Of a stretch of DNA of 64,000 nt, positions 36,101 to 48,513 are shown piece by piece (the stretch's first letter is position 1; the number at the start of each line of letters is the position of its first letter). The notes beneath the pieces were generated by a model. That model was not told where the DNA came from, did not search any database, and worked only from the letters and a program-made list of their open reading frames with translations. This stretch comes from Azolla caroliniana (taxonomy: Eukaryota > Plantae > Polypodiophyta), in assembly GCA_043228905.1 (NCBI GenBank), contig JBHGNT010000001.1, positions 12,462,001 through 12,526,000 of the forward strand. Direction: 5' to 3'. A program made the translations under genes and the position numbers.

Positions 36101-38200
36101 CTACAAAATGTACTACTCACTTATTTTCTAGATTACTGATCTAGTACTAATAAGGTACAAAACTAGTACTAATAAGGAACAAAGTACTAATCAGTTCCCA
36201 AATTACAAAACTAGTATTAATCATGAGCAATGTACTAGTAACTTAGATCACAAAGTACAGAACTAGTACTAATCATGAACCATGTAGTACTTACTAAGTA
36301 CTAATCCAACAAATGTAGATTGGTATTTTGCACACAAGTAATACTAAACATGATATGTCTTCTACACACCTAGTTACATAACTTGTACTAATTACACCAA
36401 CAGTATTAATCTTGAACAGTATTAGTACTAAACGTGATATGTGTTTGACACACCTCATTTCCAAATTACAATAATTGTACTATTATTCAACAATTTACTA
36501 TACACCTTGTTCCCAAATTACATTACTAGTACTAATTCCCAAGTTACACAAACAATCTTAACAGTCAACAGTGTACTATAAGTATAGTGTTTACTAAACT
36601 AATACTAGGCAAGTTGCAATATAGATTGGACGATGTTGTACCTGGTTCCCTTTTAGTACTACTAATTGTGGAAAATATCCCTTCAACTACACATACCAAT
36701 TATATATTAAGAGTACTGCCAATACTAACCCACATAATTAGGGTTCCACATAATAGTTGTTAGAGATTACACTAAATTTGAAGTATGAATTGTGGCATAC
36801 ACTAGTTCTAGTCCAAATGTTAATTGACATCATATAATACAAACAATAGAATAGTAGAGCCACATACCGTACGGGTGTACTTTTAAACCCCAAGCATAGT
36901 ACCACTCAGCCGCAATTGTAGTTTTACAGTCCATACATGTATTCTCTTTCTCAAAATGATACTTAGCACATAGCACATGATATGTGTGCAAGCATGGTGT
37001 AATCACAACATCCATAGCCTCCAGCTTGAATCCGAGGCCACAAAATATACACCTGGAAGATTGCAAACACAAGTTATAATATATTAGTTGCTCACTTATT
37101 TATACCAAAGAAGTAGAAATAAATAACTTTTAAAGCCAATACCGTGATATAGCTATACTAATAATGGTACTTTCTATACCACTTGGGTGCTCAATTACAG
37201 ATGGACACAAAGTATCAAAACCATTTTGTTTTAAATCCTGCATCAAGCATGCAAGGTTCTCAGAATGCAACTTTAAGGCTGACAACTTATTATCTATTTC
37301 TTCATGTGCATTCCTGCAAGTATCAAGGTCTCTCATCTGTGAACCTAATTGAGTGCCCATATTGTTTAGCTCTTTCTTCAACTCCTCTTTCAAGACCTCA
37401 CTTTCTGAATTTTGGATTGTCGATGCAATCCATTCATATGTAGTTTTTATTGAAGAAAATTTCTTTTCTGCCTGTATCTCAGCTGATTTAACTGCTTCCA
37501 AATCAGCAAGTAGTGTTTGTATTCTTGAGCTCATAGAAGCTATGCAACCGGCCATCATCTGTTCATGCTTTTCAGTCATTGTGGCCCGTACCTTTGCCTC
37601 TAGAACTTGGTGGATAGGTGTTATAGCTAGAATATCCACATGAGAGGTTCCAGATGACTTCAAGCCAGTGTTGGTACTGGAGGACCCTTTGTAATGTTCT
37701 GACCGGTGCCGATTAAAATCTTCCCAATTTACGTCAATGCCACCTTGAACTTCACATGCAAAAGCACGTGCAAAAACAGTACCCACCTCATTGTTAGTGA
37801 TTTGATTTGTATCATAAACATGTTCGTATCTCGTCTTCAATAAATTCATGTATTCCCTCTTCAAACCACTTATGTGGAATCCTCGCCTTGTGTCGGGATG
37901 TGCTGACCCCCAGGTTTTTAACAACCACTCTCTCAGCTCTGGATACACGTCAGGTCGTGCTCGAAGGAAATAATTCCATCCAAGAGGTGTGTCTCGACTG
38001 ATGGAGTGGTACATCTTCTTTCTCTGTGTTGATGAATTCATCACCCTTTCTCTTGTGGGTGTCTTCTTGCTTTCTTTCATGGGTGTCCTTCTTCCTTCCT
38101 TCACTGGTGTCTTCACTTTCTCTTTCATCAATGTCTTCTTTATGGGTGTCCTTCTCGTCATTGTCCTAGTCAACACAATTCTCAGGGAATGAATATGCAT
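33166..38200 (-). CDS. Transposon-borne multi-exon gene, about 937 aa: basic N-terminus, coiled coil, RING-H2 finger, acidic low-complexity tail; exons 38200-37143, 37052-36868, 34907-34581, 34501-34247, 34154-33166
   Basis: Four GT-AG introns with matching phases give 2814 nt without an internal stop; CIFC-x15-CLHTYHVLC-x10-CMDC fits the C3H2C3 RING-H2 spacing; heptad-like segment before it. Start codon and one acceptor are uncertain. Confidence 0.75.
35000..36450. repeat. AGTACT-rich tandem arrays in the long intron of the RING gene (104-bp unit about 6-7 times, then 64-bp unit 3 times, decaying flanks)
   Basis: CCGAACAA recurs every 104 bp from about 35300 to 35925; CCACTGACTTAG at 35936, 36000, 36064. 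Confidence 0.93.
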
Positions 38201-38689
38201 GTACTAGAAGAAAACTCAAGCAATTACCATCAACACATAGCAAATCATCTCATTGCATGTACAAACCATGTCAAACACACAATAACCCTAAATAGTCGGA
38301 AAAAAACTCCATTGTAAATCATCATAGCCAACTCCATCATTGTAAATCATTGTAAATCATCGCATCGCATGTACAAGCCAACTCCATCACATCGTAAAAC
38401 ACACAAGCCAACTCCATCACAAGCCAACGAAAACATTGTAAATCATCATAGCCAACTCCATCACATCGCATGTACAAGCCATGTCAAACACACAAAAACC
38501 CAAAATAGTCGGAAAAACACTCATCCATGTCAAACTCACACAAAATAAAACAGATGGACAAGAAACAAGAACAAAACGAAAACATAGCAACTCATCATAG
38601 CCAACTCCATTTACGTTGCATGTACAAACATGTCTAACACACAACCACCTCGATCAAAATATTTTCATACATTTTTAAAAGGAACACAG

Positions 38690-38985
38690 AGAAACACAGA
38701 GAATACCTGGAGGTTGTACAACTTGCAGAGGTACCAGACCGTGTTGATTTCGACAAACGAGGCTGTTGCAGAGGAGACAAACGAACATAGACAGAGGAAA
38801 CAAACGAGCATACAGACAGACAGGAAACATTCAGAAAAAGAAAACATTGAGTATTGGGCATGCAACACAGAGAATACCTGGAGGTTGTACAACTTGCAGA
38901 GGTACCAGACCGTGTTGATTTCGACAAACGAGGCTGCTGCAGAGGAGACAAACGAGCATAGACAGAGGAAACAAACGAGCATACA
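38690..38985. repeat. Direct duplication (about 170-bp period) upstream of the RING gene
   Basis: ACACAGAGAATACCTGGAGGTTGTACAAC...ACAAACGAGCATACA occurs twice. Confidence 0.85.
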
Positions 38986-39275
38986 CAAGGAAGGAAAATC
39001 AACAACACATACAACGAGCAGGGGAAACAAAAATCTCTGCGTTCAGAGATCGAACCTGGCACAGAGGGGAACACAAGAACAGCTACGCGGGGAAACAGAG
39101 CATCGAAGGTGGAGTGAGAGAGAGAAACAGAAAGAAAGAAAGAAACAGAGCTTTGAAAGAAAAAAACAGAAAGAATCGAAGGTGGAGTGAAAGAAAGAAA
39201 CAGAGAGATAGACCTGTAATATATATGTCGTCTTTCTTTAACTTTCTGCCACTGTCTGTCTGACAACTTCGAGAC

Positions 39276-39278
<3 letters not shown>

Positions 39279-39337
<59 letters not shown>

Positions 39338-39351
39338 GTGAGAGAGAGAGA
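39279..39351. repeat. (GA)n microsatellite in right subterminal region
   Basis: Long GA run. Confidence 0.95.
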
Positions 39352-39650
39352 CATACCAATTGACACGTTCGACTACCCATACCAGAGAGAGAGAGAGAGA
39401 GAGATACTGAGACTGACCAACTGTCACAATGGATACCTTCTCTAGGTGTGCTTTCGTACAACTCTACCTAGGAGACTGGGGCAACAATTAATGTATTAAA
39501 TATGGCCTAGGGACATTTCGAGTGTGACGTACAATATCTTTGTGCATTCGAGTGTGACGTAATGAATTTGTTTTTTGTTTTTTGAAACTTATTTACAATT
39601 TTTAATGTTTATTTTCTTCTTCGATTTAGTACTAAATTTTTGGCCAAAAG

Positions 39651-39677
39651 TTGGTACACCGTAGCATGCTTCGACCC
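39651..39677 (-). repeat. Right TIR
   Basis: Inverse of 26560-26586. Confidence 0.93.
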
Positions 39678-39681
39678 ATAG

Positions 39682-42600
39682 CGTAGAACTCGCTTAGTGC
39701 AATCCAAGTAAGTATCACCCGGTGTTTGCATGAATTGGCTAAGGAAACCGACCGGATAATTGAGATCGGGTCGTGTGATCGTGAGGTAGACGAGACTCCC
39801 GATAAGTTGCCGATACTGAGTCGGCTCACACGCTTTGGTGTCGGAGTTCGCATTGAGTTTGAGATTGCGATCGAGCGGGGTTGCCGTGGATTTGCACTCA
39901 GCCATCCCGAACTTGTATAACAAGTTGAGGATGTAGTGCCGTTGAGAGATCATGATTCCGGCCGGAGTCCAAATTACCTCGATTCCGAGGAAGTAGTGGA
40001 GCTCCTTCATGTCCGTCATCTCGAACTTGTTGGAAAGGAGGGATTTGACCTTATTGATTTCGACGAGATGCTCACCTCCAATGACTAGGTCATCCACATA
40101 TAAGATGATGACGATCGGACTTACGGAATCGCTTCGTATGTAGAGGGAGTTGTCTGATTTTGACATATGAAAGCCGATTTGATGAAGATATTGCGTTATC
40201 TTTGAATGCCAAGCACGCGGTGCTTGCTTGAGGCCGTAAAGTGGCTTCTTGAGTCGGCAAACAACTTTTGGATGGGTGCTCGAGTTGAAGCCAGGTGGTT
40301 GGATCATGTACACCTCCTCTTCTAATTCGCCTTGTAGAAAGGCGTTCTTGACGTCCATTTGATGGAGGTGCCACCCTTTCGCCGCGGCAATCGCAATTAC
40401 GGTCCACACCGTCATCATCTTTGCCACCGGGGCAAAGGTCTCTTCGTAGTCGATGCCATGCGTCTGAGCGTATCCTTTCGCTACGAGTCGAGCTTTGTAG
40501 CGGTTTACGGAGCCATTGACGTTATACTTTACCTTGTTGATCCATCTGCATCCGATCGCCTTTTTGTGTGGTGAGGTGGGAACGAGATCCCACGTCTCGT
40601 TCTTGCATAGTGCCTGCATCTCCTCGTTCATGGCTTCGATCCATCGCGGATTTTTGGCTGCTTCGGAAAAAGTTTCCAGCTCGCGTATTGTCGCCACCTT
40701 CATCATAAAGGCATAGTGATATGCCATGTAGTCGTTGTAGCCGAATCGGCTGACCAGATTCTTTTCACGGGTGGAGCGACGAAGCTTTTCATTTACAGAG
40801 ATGAGGGCTTTCTTAGCTCCGATTGGTACATCGAAGCCACTGAACTCATTGTCGAGTGAGTGAGTTGATTCATCGTCGTTGAAGTGATCGTCTTTGTATT
40901 CCGCCATTTTCGCCTTGCCTTTGTCCATCTTCGGGCTAGGCCATGATGTGCTTTGATCGCTCGGAGGCTCTTGTGGTCCGCTCAGTCGGGTCGTGATCGG
41001 ACTTTCTTCGAACATGCGTGTAAGGTGATCTTCATCCTCTATCTCTTGTTCGACGGATTCCGGGTCGAGTGGAGTGGGAGTTGGATTTGTCTCTGGTGCG
41101 TACCAGGATGCGGACTCGTCGAAAATGACGTCTCGACTTACGCGAGATTTTTGAGTTGAGGGGTTGTAGCACTTGTACCCCTTTTGCTCCAATGAGTATC
41201 CTACGAGGATACATTTCTCCGACTTCGGGTCGAGCTTTTGATGCTTCTCGTCGGGGATGTGCACGTATGCAATGGAGCCGAATATCGGAACATGTGATAG
41301 GTTCGGCTTCTTTCCGAAGTATCTTTCGTGCGGAGTGACCTCGTGCATGCCGGATGTTGTGCACCGGTTCATTAGGTAGACGACCATATTTGCAGCTTTG
41401 GCCCAATAAGACTTGGGCATATGCTTCTCATTCATCATTGCCCGCGCTACTTCGAGGATGTGCCGATTTTTGCGCTCGGCTACTCCGTTTTGTTGCGGAG
41501 TGTGTCGGCAAGTGAATTCTCGCCGAATTCCTTCCTTTCGGAGATACGCCGTGAAATCATCTGAGAAGTACTCCTTGCCGCCATCCAATCGAAGACAACG
41601 TACATGTCGGCCCGTGGCTTTCTCGACTTCATTCTTGAATGTTTGGAAGTGTCTGAACACTTCGCTCTTTTGCCGCATTGGGTAGATCCAAGTGTGCCTA
41701 GAGAAGTCGTCGATGAAGAGCACATAATATCGGCATCCGCCGAATGTAGCCGTCTGCGCTGGTCCCCATACGTCGGAATGGACTACGTTGAGTAGACCTT
41801 TGCTCACGTTCCGATCTTTCGGGAATGGGTGTCGGTGTTGCTTGCCGAATTGGCATGCTTCACATACACGTTCAATCTCCTTCTCTTTGAATGTTGGGAG
41901 TCCGATGACGACTCCTTTCGATTTCATTGCTTTGAGCTTTTGGAGATTTATATGGCCAATCTGCTTGTGTCATAACTCTATGTCGGAGTCGGCTTTCATG
42001 CCCTTTGCGAACATGGCTGATTTCATCTCGTGTGAGTTGAGAATGAACATTCAGCCCTCTCTTCGTTCGCGTGCGATGAGTCGGCGCTCTTTTTCGATGA
42101 AGCAACCACCTTGATTAAATCGAACTTGCATCCCTTGCTCTACAATTTGGCCGACGGAGACCAAATTCTTCGTAATGGTCGGTACATGCAAGAAATTTTT
42201 AATGTAATTTTGCTTACCTTCTTTTCCGAACGGAACATTGCCGATGTGCCGAATTGGGTGCGTAGTGTCGTCTCCGGTTTCGACATAGCCGGGTCGGTCC
42301 GGCTCTCGAAGTTCTCGGAACCATTCTTGATGCGATGTCATATGGTCGAGGCACGAGAATCGACGAACCATACGTCTTCCGGACCGGAGGCACTAGTTGA
42401 GGTAGAGGCCGACATAGAGTTTGCTCTATGTTTCATCATGAACATTCTGCCACGGTCGGAGTTGTGCACATACATTCCACCGCGATCTTTGTAGTCGGAG
42501 TTGTGCCCGTACATTTCGCCACGGCCAGAGTTGTGTGCATACATTCCGCCACGATCTTCGTAGTCGGAGTTGTGCGCGTAATTCGTGAGTTGTCGGCTTG

Positions 42601-43461
42601 TGGAAGCCATTTCGCACATCTTCTTTCAGCACTCTTCTTCGTGGTGGCCGAGCTTTCCGCAATATCCGCATTCGGTTGCGTTTTGACGGCTTGGGCCAGA
42701 GTGGAAGCTCCCTCTTCTTGCGAAGGTTCCTCGTTGGCTTCCGTTTTGCAGCCGAAATTGGGAGTTGTTGTCGTAGGTCGGACCTCATCCGCCTTGTCCT
42801 TGGCCGAATCGGCCTCTCACTCGTCTGCGTCCTCTTCCTCCATTCGAGTGCGTGTAGAGCATGTGACCTTCCCACTCATTGCTCCTTGTACGCATGTGGT
42901 TTTCTTCGACCAATAGCATTGCTTGGAGCTCGAAGAAGGAGGGAGTTTTCTCCCTTGCTAGAACGGCGGTTCGCATCGCGCCGAACCGTGGTGCGAGGCC
43001 GTCGAGGCATATTTGCACGATCTCATCATCATCGATACTTACGCTTATTGAGCCGAGCGAGTCGCAAAGCTCCTTGATCTTCAAGGTGTATGTCATGATG
43101 GACATGTCCCTTTGTTGAATGTTGTTCAACTCTTGGCGGAGTTGAAGCTTCCTCGCGGTCGTGTTGGCGGCGAAAATCTTTCGTAGATTTTCCCACGCTT
43201 CCTTCGGCATCTTGGCTTCTCGAATGTAACCGAGCATGTGGTCGTGAACACATGTCGCCAAACAATACATCACGCGGCTTGCGGCTTGCTCCCATGTCGC
43301 GTATCCGGGAGCCGTGTCGACGGGTCGGTCTTTGTGCGCTCCTTTGATGTAGCTCCAATAGCCTTGTCTGACAAGGTATTGGTGCATCTTGTACTCCCAA
43401 GATGGAAGTTGTTTCGATCCAACTTCTCGGTAGGGAGAGCGCTCCCCATTTGAGTATTCAT
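39682..43461 (-). pseudogene. Copia F gag-PR-INT-RT (frameshifted in gag/PR, cut by the DNA transposon)
   Basis: Gag, WFVDS protease, CEACQFGK, HSDVWG, DGGKEY, QQNGVAERKNR, KLDPK, MDVKNAFL, YGLKQAPR, YVDD. Confidence 0.92.
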
Positions 43462-43620
43462 TACGTCGATTCTTCTTCTTCTTCTTCTCTCTTCGAATGC
43501 GAGCTATGTCGCGAAGCTATGATAGCGATGAGCCGGTTCTTGGTCATTGGGGTGGAGCACAACACATGATCACGATGAGGCGAATGGGCTAGATCGAACT
43601 ACCAAATCGCTCTGATACCA

Positions 43621-44014
43621 TGTAAAGAATCAAGAGATGGATTCTTGTGAAGCGGAATAGGTGTGAACTATGTGTGTGTATGAGAGAGAGAGTGAGTGAG
43701 TGAGAGAGACAAGGAGTAAGACACAGAGTATACGCAAGGTAGATTGTATTAACAAAGGAGAAAGACTCAACATTATACAAGGTGGGAGGAGGGTGCTTTA
43801 TGTAGTCACCCTCACTCTTCATTAACTACAAGCCTCATGGAGCATGGGGAATGTGAAAGCTCATAAGTTATGTGTCATAGAATATGATTCTATGACTCAT
43901 ACTAAATGCTAGAATACAAAGTGGTGACATAATGGTGACTCTTGACTGTTGGAGTGTCTCTTCACTCTCAAGGTGAGTTCACACACTAGACCAAGTTGAG
44001 GTTGATTCTCAACA
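43621..44014 (-). repeat. 5' LTR of copia F
   Basis: Adjacent to PBS; followed by TSD AGGAC. Confidence 0.95.
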
Positions 44015-44019
44015 AGGAC

Positions 44020-44254
44020 TAACATAAGTATTGACTTGTATTTCAATGCTCATACGAGCAACTGACACAGATTCACATATGCCTAGGTACTAGGCTCGAT
44101 CCCTAGGCCTCTAACTGCCTACTTGTTACAATCCGATCCTACTCTCCGATCTGACTCTTGGTTCCGGATACTGATCCGGTTCTTTGATCTAAACTCTGAT
44201 CTAGCTTTGGCTTATTCAGTTGATTCAGATCCGCTTGAGCTTGTCCGCTCAACA
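44020..44254 (-). repeat. Remainder of copia E 5' LTR
   Basis: Begins TGTTGAGC on minus strand, like the TGTTGAGA start of F; gypsy coding sequence resumes immediately after. Confidence 0.6.
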
Positions 44255-47200
44255 TTCTACCGTGGGAAGACCAAAATCCACATCTCCACCGAAGAACGCA
44301 TTTCGACAACCAACGATACCACCCCGCTCTATGTAGAAGGTGTACACATGATCGATGGGTTGGCGGATGACAAAATTGACTGATACCTCGATGACTACCC
44401 CAAGATCATACCATTGTTTGAGGTCAACATCATTCAAGCGGTCATCCCATATGTGTTAAGGACCTATAGTGAGGCAGCAGATACCTTACGGGAGATGGAC
44501 CTAAAATCCGTGGATGAGCTAGGCCTCTTCCGTGAAGCCTGGGAACACGAATTGGCCATCTCCCAACATGTGAAAGCTTCAACACTCAAGGAAATAGATT
44601 TAGGGCGTATCGAGGAGCCTCGGCCGATTAAAATCACCAAGGAACTCATGCCGATTGAGAAATCGGCAATGGTGGCCTTGTTAACAGAATATAAAGACAT
44701 CTTTGCTTGGTCATACAATGACATGCAAGGCCTCAACCCTCAATATTATGAACACCATATCCACCTGAACCAGGACACCAAACCGGTTCAACAGCGGTAG
44801 TACCGCATGAATCCTAACTACATGGCCAAAATGAAGGAAGAAATCGACAAGCTGTTGTGCATAGGATTTATTCAACCCGTCAAGCAAGCCACATGGCTCA
44901 GCCTGATTGCCCTCGTGCCAAAGAAAAGTGGCAAGATCCGAGTTCGTGTCAATTATCAGAAATTAAATGCCGCCACTATCAGTGATGCGTTTCCACTACC
45001 CTTCACCGATGGGGTCATAGATGTAGTCGCGGGCCATCAGACCTATCGTTTCCTGGATGGCTTCAATGAGTATAACCAAATTCAGATGCACCTAGATGAC
45101 AAGGAAAAGACGGCCTTCGCCACTGAATGGGGTGTTTTCATGGCGATCTTCATGATGTTTGGGCTAAAAATGGCCCCGGTAGTCGTTTTGGCGATTATAT
45201 CCCTGCCTTCATGCAAGTCTTTCTGGATGATATCGCAGTTTATGGCTGTCAACGGGAGCATATTGACCATTTATGCTTGTACCTTGACCATTTTCAACAA
45301 GCCCAATTAAGCCTAATGCAAAGTGTGTTGTCGACGTCTCCAACGGCACACTGCTTGGCCATATACTCAACCGGGAAGGGATCGCATGGGATCCCTACAA
45401 AGTAAACGCCATCCTTGCAACCCCAACACCAAAAAACAAGAAAACCTTGAGCCGATTCTTAGGATAGATTAGGTGGTACAATTGAATGCTCTGATACTTG
45501 GCCGATTTCGCGACACCTCTACAAGCGGTTGTTCACCGCATGCCCTTTCCATGGAATTCTATCGAGGATGAGGCATACAATGCCTTGAAAACTATGTTGT
45601 CCTAGGCACCTGTCATCTAGTCACCAGATTGGGCACAACCCTTCCACGTGTTTGTCGATGTCTCCGATGTGGCAATTGGCAGCGCCCTCATGCAGGTGAC
45701 GACTCCCAACTGGTATAGGCCGGTATATTACGCCAATCGACGTCTCTTGGCTACCGAAAAGTATTATTCGACTATGGAGAGAGAAGCTCTTAGGATTATT
45801 TATAGTATAACCCAGCTCCAACATTAGCTACTCGGCCGAAAATTCACTTTTCACGTCGATCACTCGTCTCTCGTATACTTGTTTACGAAATTGTAATCCT
45901 TTACGGATAGACTAGTGCGATGGATGCTATTGCTACTGGAATTCGAATTTGACATCCATCATGAATCGGGGGTACAACACGCCATGGACGACTACCTTAG
46001 TCGCCTTGAATCAAGAGAGCCAACCAAGGCGTCCCAGATGACCGTCTGGATGTAGAAATTTTCGGAATCAACTTGGCTCCTCCCAATCTGAAGTCGCCAC
46101 TTCTGCTTACTTCATGACACCTTGTACAATAAAGGCGCTGACAACATATGGTGATAAGTTGTTCGACAGTTCGAGAAAGAAGTGATTCTCCACGAATCAG
46201 ATTACGACATAGTTGGGGGGCATTATGTCGACAATGCAATTGCCTGCAAAATATGGCAGAGTGGCCTATGGTGGGCGACAACGCAAAAGGATGCGGTCAT
46301 GTTTTGTCGACAATGCGACGTATGCCAGCGAATGGGCCAGCCGATAGAACGGACCCAGATGCCTCACCAACCCATCCTCCCCCTTGAACCCTTCCAGAAA
46401 TGGGGCCTCAATTTCCTGGACCATTCAATACATCATTCTCAGGACCAACTACTACACTAAATGGGTTGAAGCTCAAGCACTGCGGGACAACAGGACCGCA
46501 TCCATGGAGAAATTTGTGTACGAACACCTTTGGTGCCTATACAACTGTCCAATTGAACTGGTAAGTGACCAGGGGGGTCACTTTATCAACAAGAAGATCC
46601 ATTAACTTACGATCCACTACATTTTCATTCACAAGAAGAGCACACCATATTACCCTCAGGCAAACGGATAGCCAAATCCACAAACAAGAAAATCTAGAAT
46701 ATTTTGAAGAAAATCGTGAATGCGAATCAAACTGATTGGGATAAGAAACTACATAGTGCACTTTGGGGATATCAAACAACCTATAAAAATAGTATTAAAT
46801 CTACTCCTTTTCGATTAGCATTCAGCTTCAAAGCAGTGATGCAAGTGGAAATTCAGGTACCCAGCTTCTCGGCCGAGTTTGAACAGACACGTTTAGAGCA
46901 ACTTCTCGAGTTCAGGGAGACCAAAATCACGAGCTTGAGCAACTTGGAGTAGGCCCAACGTCGGTGGAAAGCCTTTATCGACCGACACCGACAAAGCAAT
47001 GAGCAACTATTTGGGATCGGCAAAGCAGTCTTGGTCTTCCAGACTCCACTCGGATATATGTCAGGAAAACTCCTGTTCTGCTAGACCTGGCCCTTTTGGA
47101 TCATCGATGAATTCAACGAGATGTACCAACTCGATACTTTAGCGGGCGAAGTCATGACAAAATGGCAAGGAAACCTCTTGCATTGCCTGCATTGCCCGCT

Positions 47201-47770
47201 CACACCAAATGACAGGCCCTGCAGTTTACACAAGAAGAATGGTAGGACCCCACCCCTGCGGCAACCCAAGTATCACCAACTCTGCCTCCCCACGGACCTG
47301 TGTAGCCACAAGTGACTTAGGAGTAGGATTTGCTCGCAGTTGAAGACTTCACAATTCGCTAGTGAAGCAAGCCCAAGCCTACAATTTTGGGAGATGAGCA
47401 TAGGCAACTGTAAACAAGGCCTCGTCATGATGCGGCATCCCTCTGAAGAAACCAAGAAATAGCCTCGAGGGGACACAAAGGCCAATGAGGACTCGATAGC
47501 CGAAGTCAGCCAGTCCAAAAAGCGTCGTCATTTGCAACAATACAACAAAACGAAGGAAAGGGTACACACCATTGACGATGACCTGCAACTGGTAGTTGCA
47601 CCTGACAAGACAATGGTCGTCATCTTGGACATGGTTCTCTCTCTTATGGGGAAATTGTAGGTGGGTTAGGCATCTCGTATGTCCGAGGATATAATGTTGA
47701 TCTTTCCAGATTTGCCAGTAGAAGCTTTCAAGCTTAGGGGCATTTTGCATCACAACACTTCTTGATGGAG
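44255..47770 (+). pseudogene. Old gypsy 'G' pol (Athila/OTA-like), heavily decayed, related to H
   Basis: EYKDIFAWSY, MNPNY..KEEIDKLL, DAFPLPF, FLDGF..YNQI, MFGLK, PFQKWG, SDQGGHF, LHSALW; many stops. Confidence 0.85.
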
Positions 47771-47776
47771 ATAATA

Positions 47777-48174
47777 TGTAGAGATGTTAGTGCGAAAGAT
47801 GATTAAAGACCTATCGATTAGTCTATCGAACAACGTAAGAGACAAAGAGAGAAAGAGAGAGATGTGCTAGTACATAGTTACAATGTTAGAGTGAGCTTAT
47901 GTACTCAAGCCTTAGCTCAAGGACTTGTTCACACATAGGATACAAGGTGGAAGGAGTCGGCCTTTTATGCCAACAAAGTCCTTTGTAAAAGGACCACTCT
48001 TTCTACATATAGTGATAAGGGGTTATCTCCCCCGTAAACCTAGATTACAATTTTAATCTAAAGTTATGATTACACATCCGTCGGCATATGGCCGAATCAG
48101 TAGAGGTGAAGTTGAGATCTAGCCTTGTTAAGAAATGAAGTCTGTGGTGATTGTAATGCAGTGGAAGATGAGAG

Positions 48175-48217
<43 letters not shown>

Positions 48218-48438
48218 CAACACAAAGAGAGAGAGAGAGAGAGAGTGAGAGCTCAAGACAGAGATAATCAGACTGTATATTACATAAGACTTCCAACAAT
48301 AGCTAAGTTATAATGAGTTGGTTTCTATACCAACTAAGCTAGGGCAAGCGCCCTTTCTACTATTTACAAAACTAGCCTGGTATGTCCATGGGCTAGTGTG
48401 AACCTATTCCTATGGGGAGTTGAGTTCGATTCTCAACA
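47777..48438 (-). repeat. 3' LTR of copia 'I'
   Basis: Begins TGTTGAGAATC on minus strand after PPT AGGGGCG, as in F; left boundary uncertain; contains (GT)n and (GA)n. Confidence 0.7.
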
Positions 48439-48513
48439 CGCCCCTTTGAACACAACTTCCATCTGTTTGGTTTGAAGTTCGGCGTACATATCTGCATATC
48501 AATGCGTACTCTG

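Larger units (their letters stand above)
26560..39677 (+). mobile_element. 13.1-kb TIR DNA transposon, Sola2-like, with a cargo gene
   Basis: TIRs GGGTCGAAGCA[C/T]GCTACGG[G/T]GTACCAA (25/27 match) at 26560-26586 and 39651-39677; TSD ATAG at 26556-26559 and 39678-39681; excision restores the copia frame RVLRY-VNGRMD; encodes DDD transposase. Superfamily name is inferred from recalled Sola2 hallmarks (GRG...CYC ends, 4-bp TSD). Confidence 0.88.
25291..44014 (-). mobile_element. Ty1/copia element 'F', interrupted by the 13.1-kb DNA transposon
   Basis: LTRs 25291-25686 and 43621-44014, perfect TSD AGGAC, PBS TGGTATCAGAGC 43609-43620, PPT GAGGGGGCG. Confidence 0.95.

Noticed and set aside
35290-36120. 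Second array as a possible CRISPR or ncRNA cluster
   Set aside because: Contiguous near-identical units without variable spacers; intronic.
38630-39461. ORFs of 186 and 275 aa near the right end
   Set aside because: Built from a duplication and GA microsatellites; more likely promoter or 5' UTR of the RING gene.
26560-39677. Interpretation as a host gene island, Helitron, CACTA, hAT or Mutator element
   Set aside because: TIRs and a 4-bp TSD inside a copia ORF show a transposed unit. There are no CACTA ends with 3-bp TSD, no 8-11 bp TSD, and no Rep/helicase motifs.
39609-39681. C-terminal tail of the 772-aa copia ORF and N-terminus of ORF 26067-26609
   Set aside because: Read-through into the transposon TIRs, not real protein sequence.
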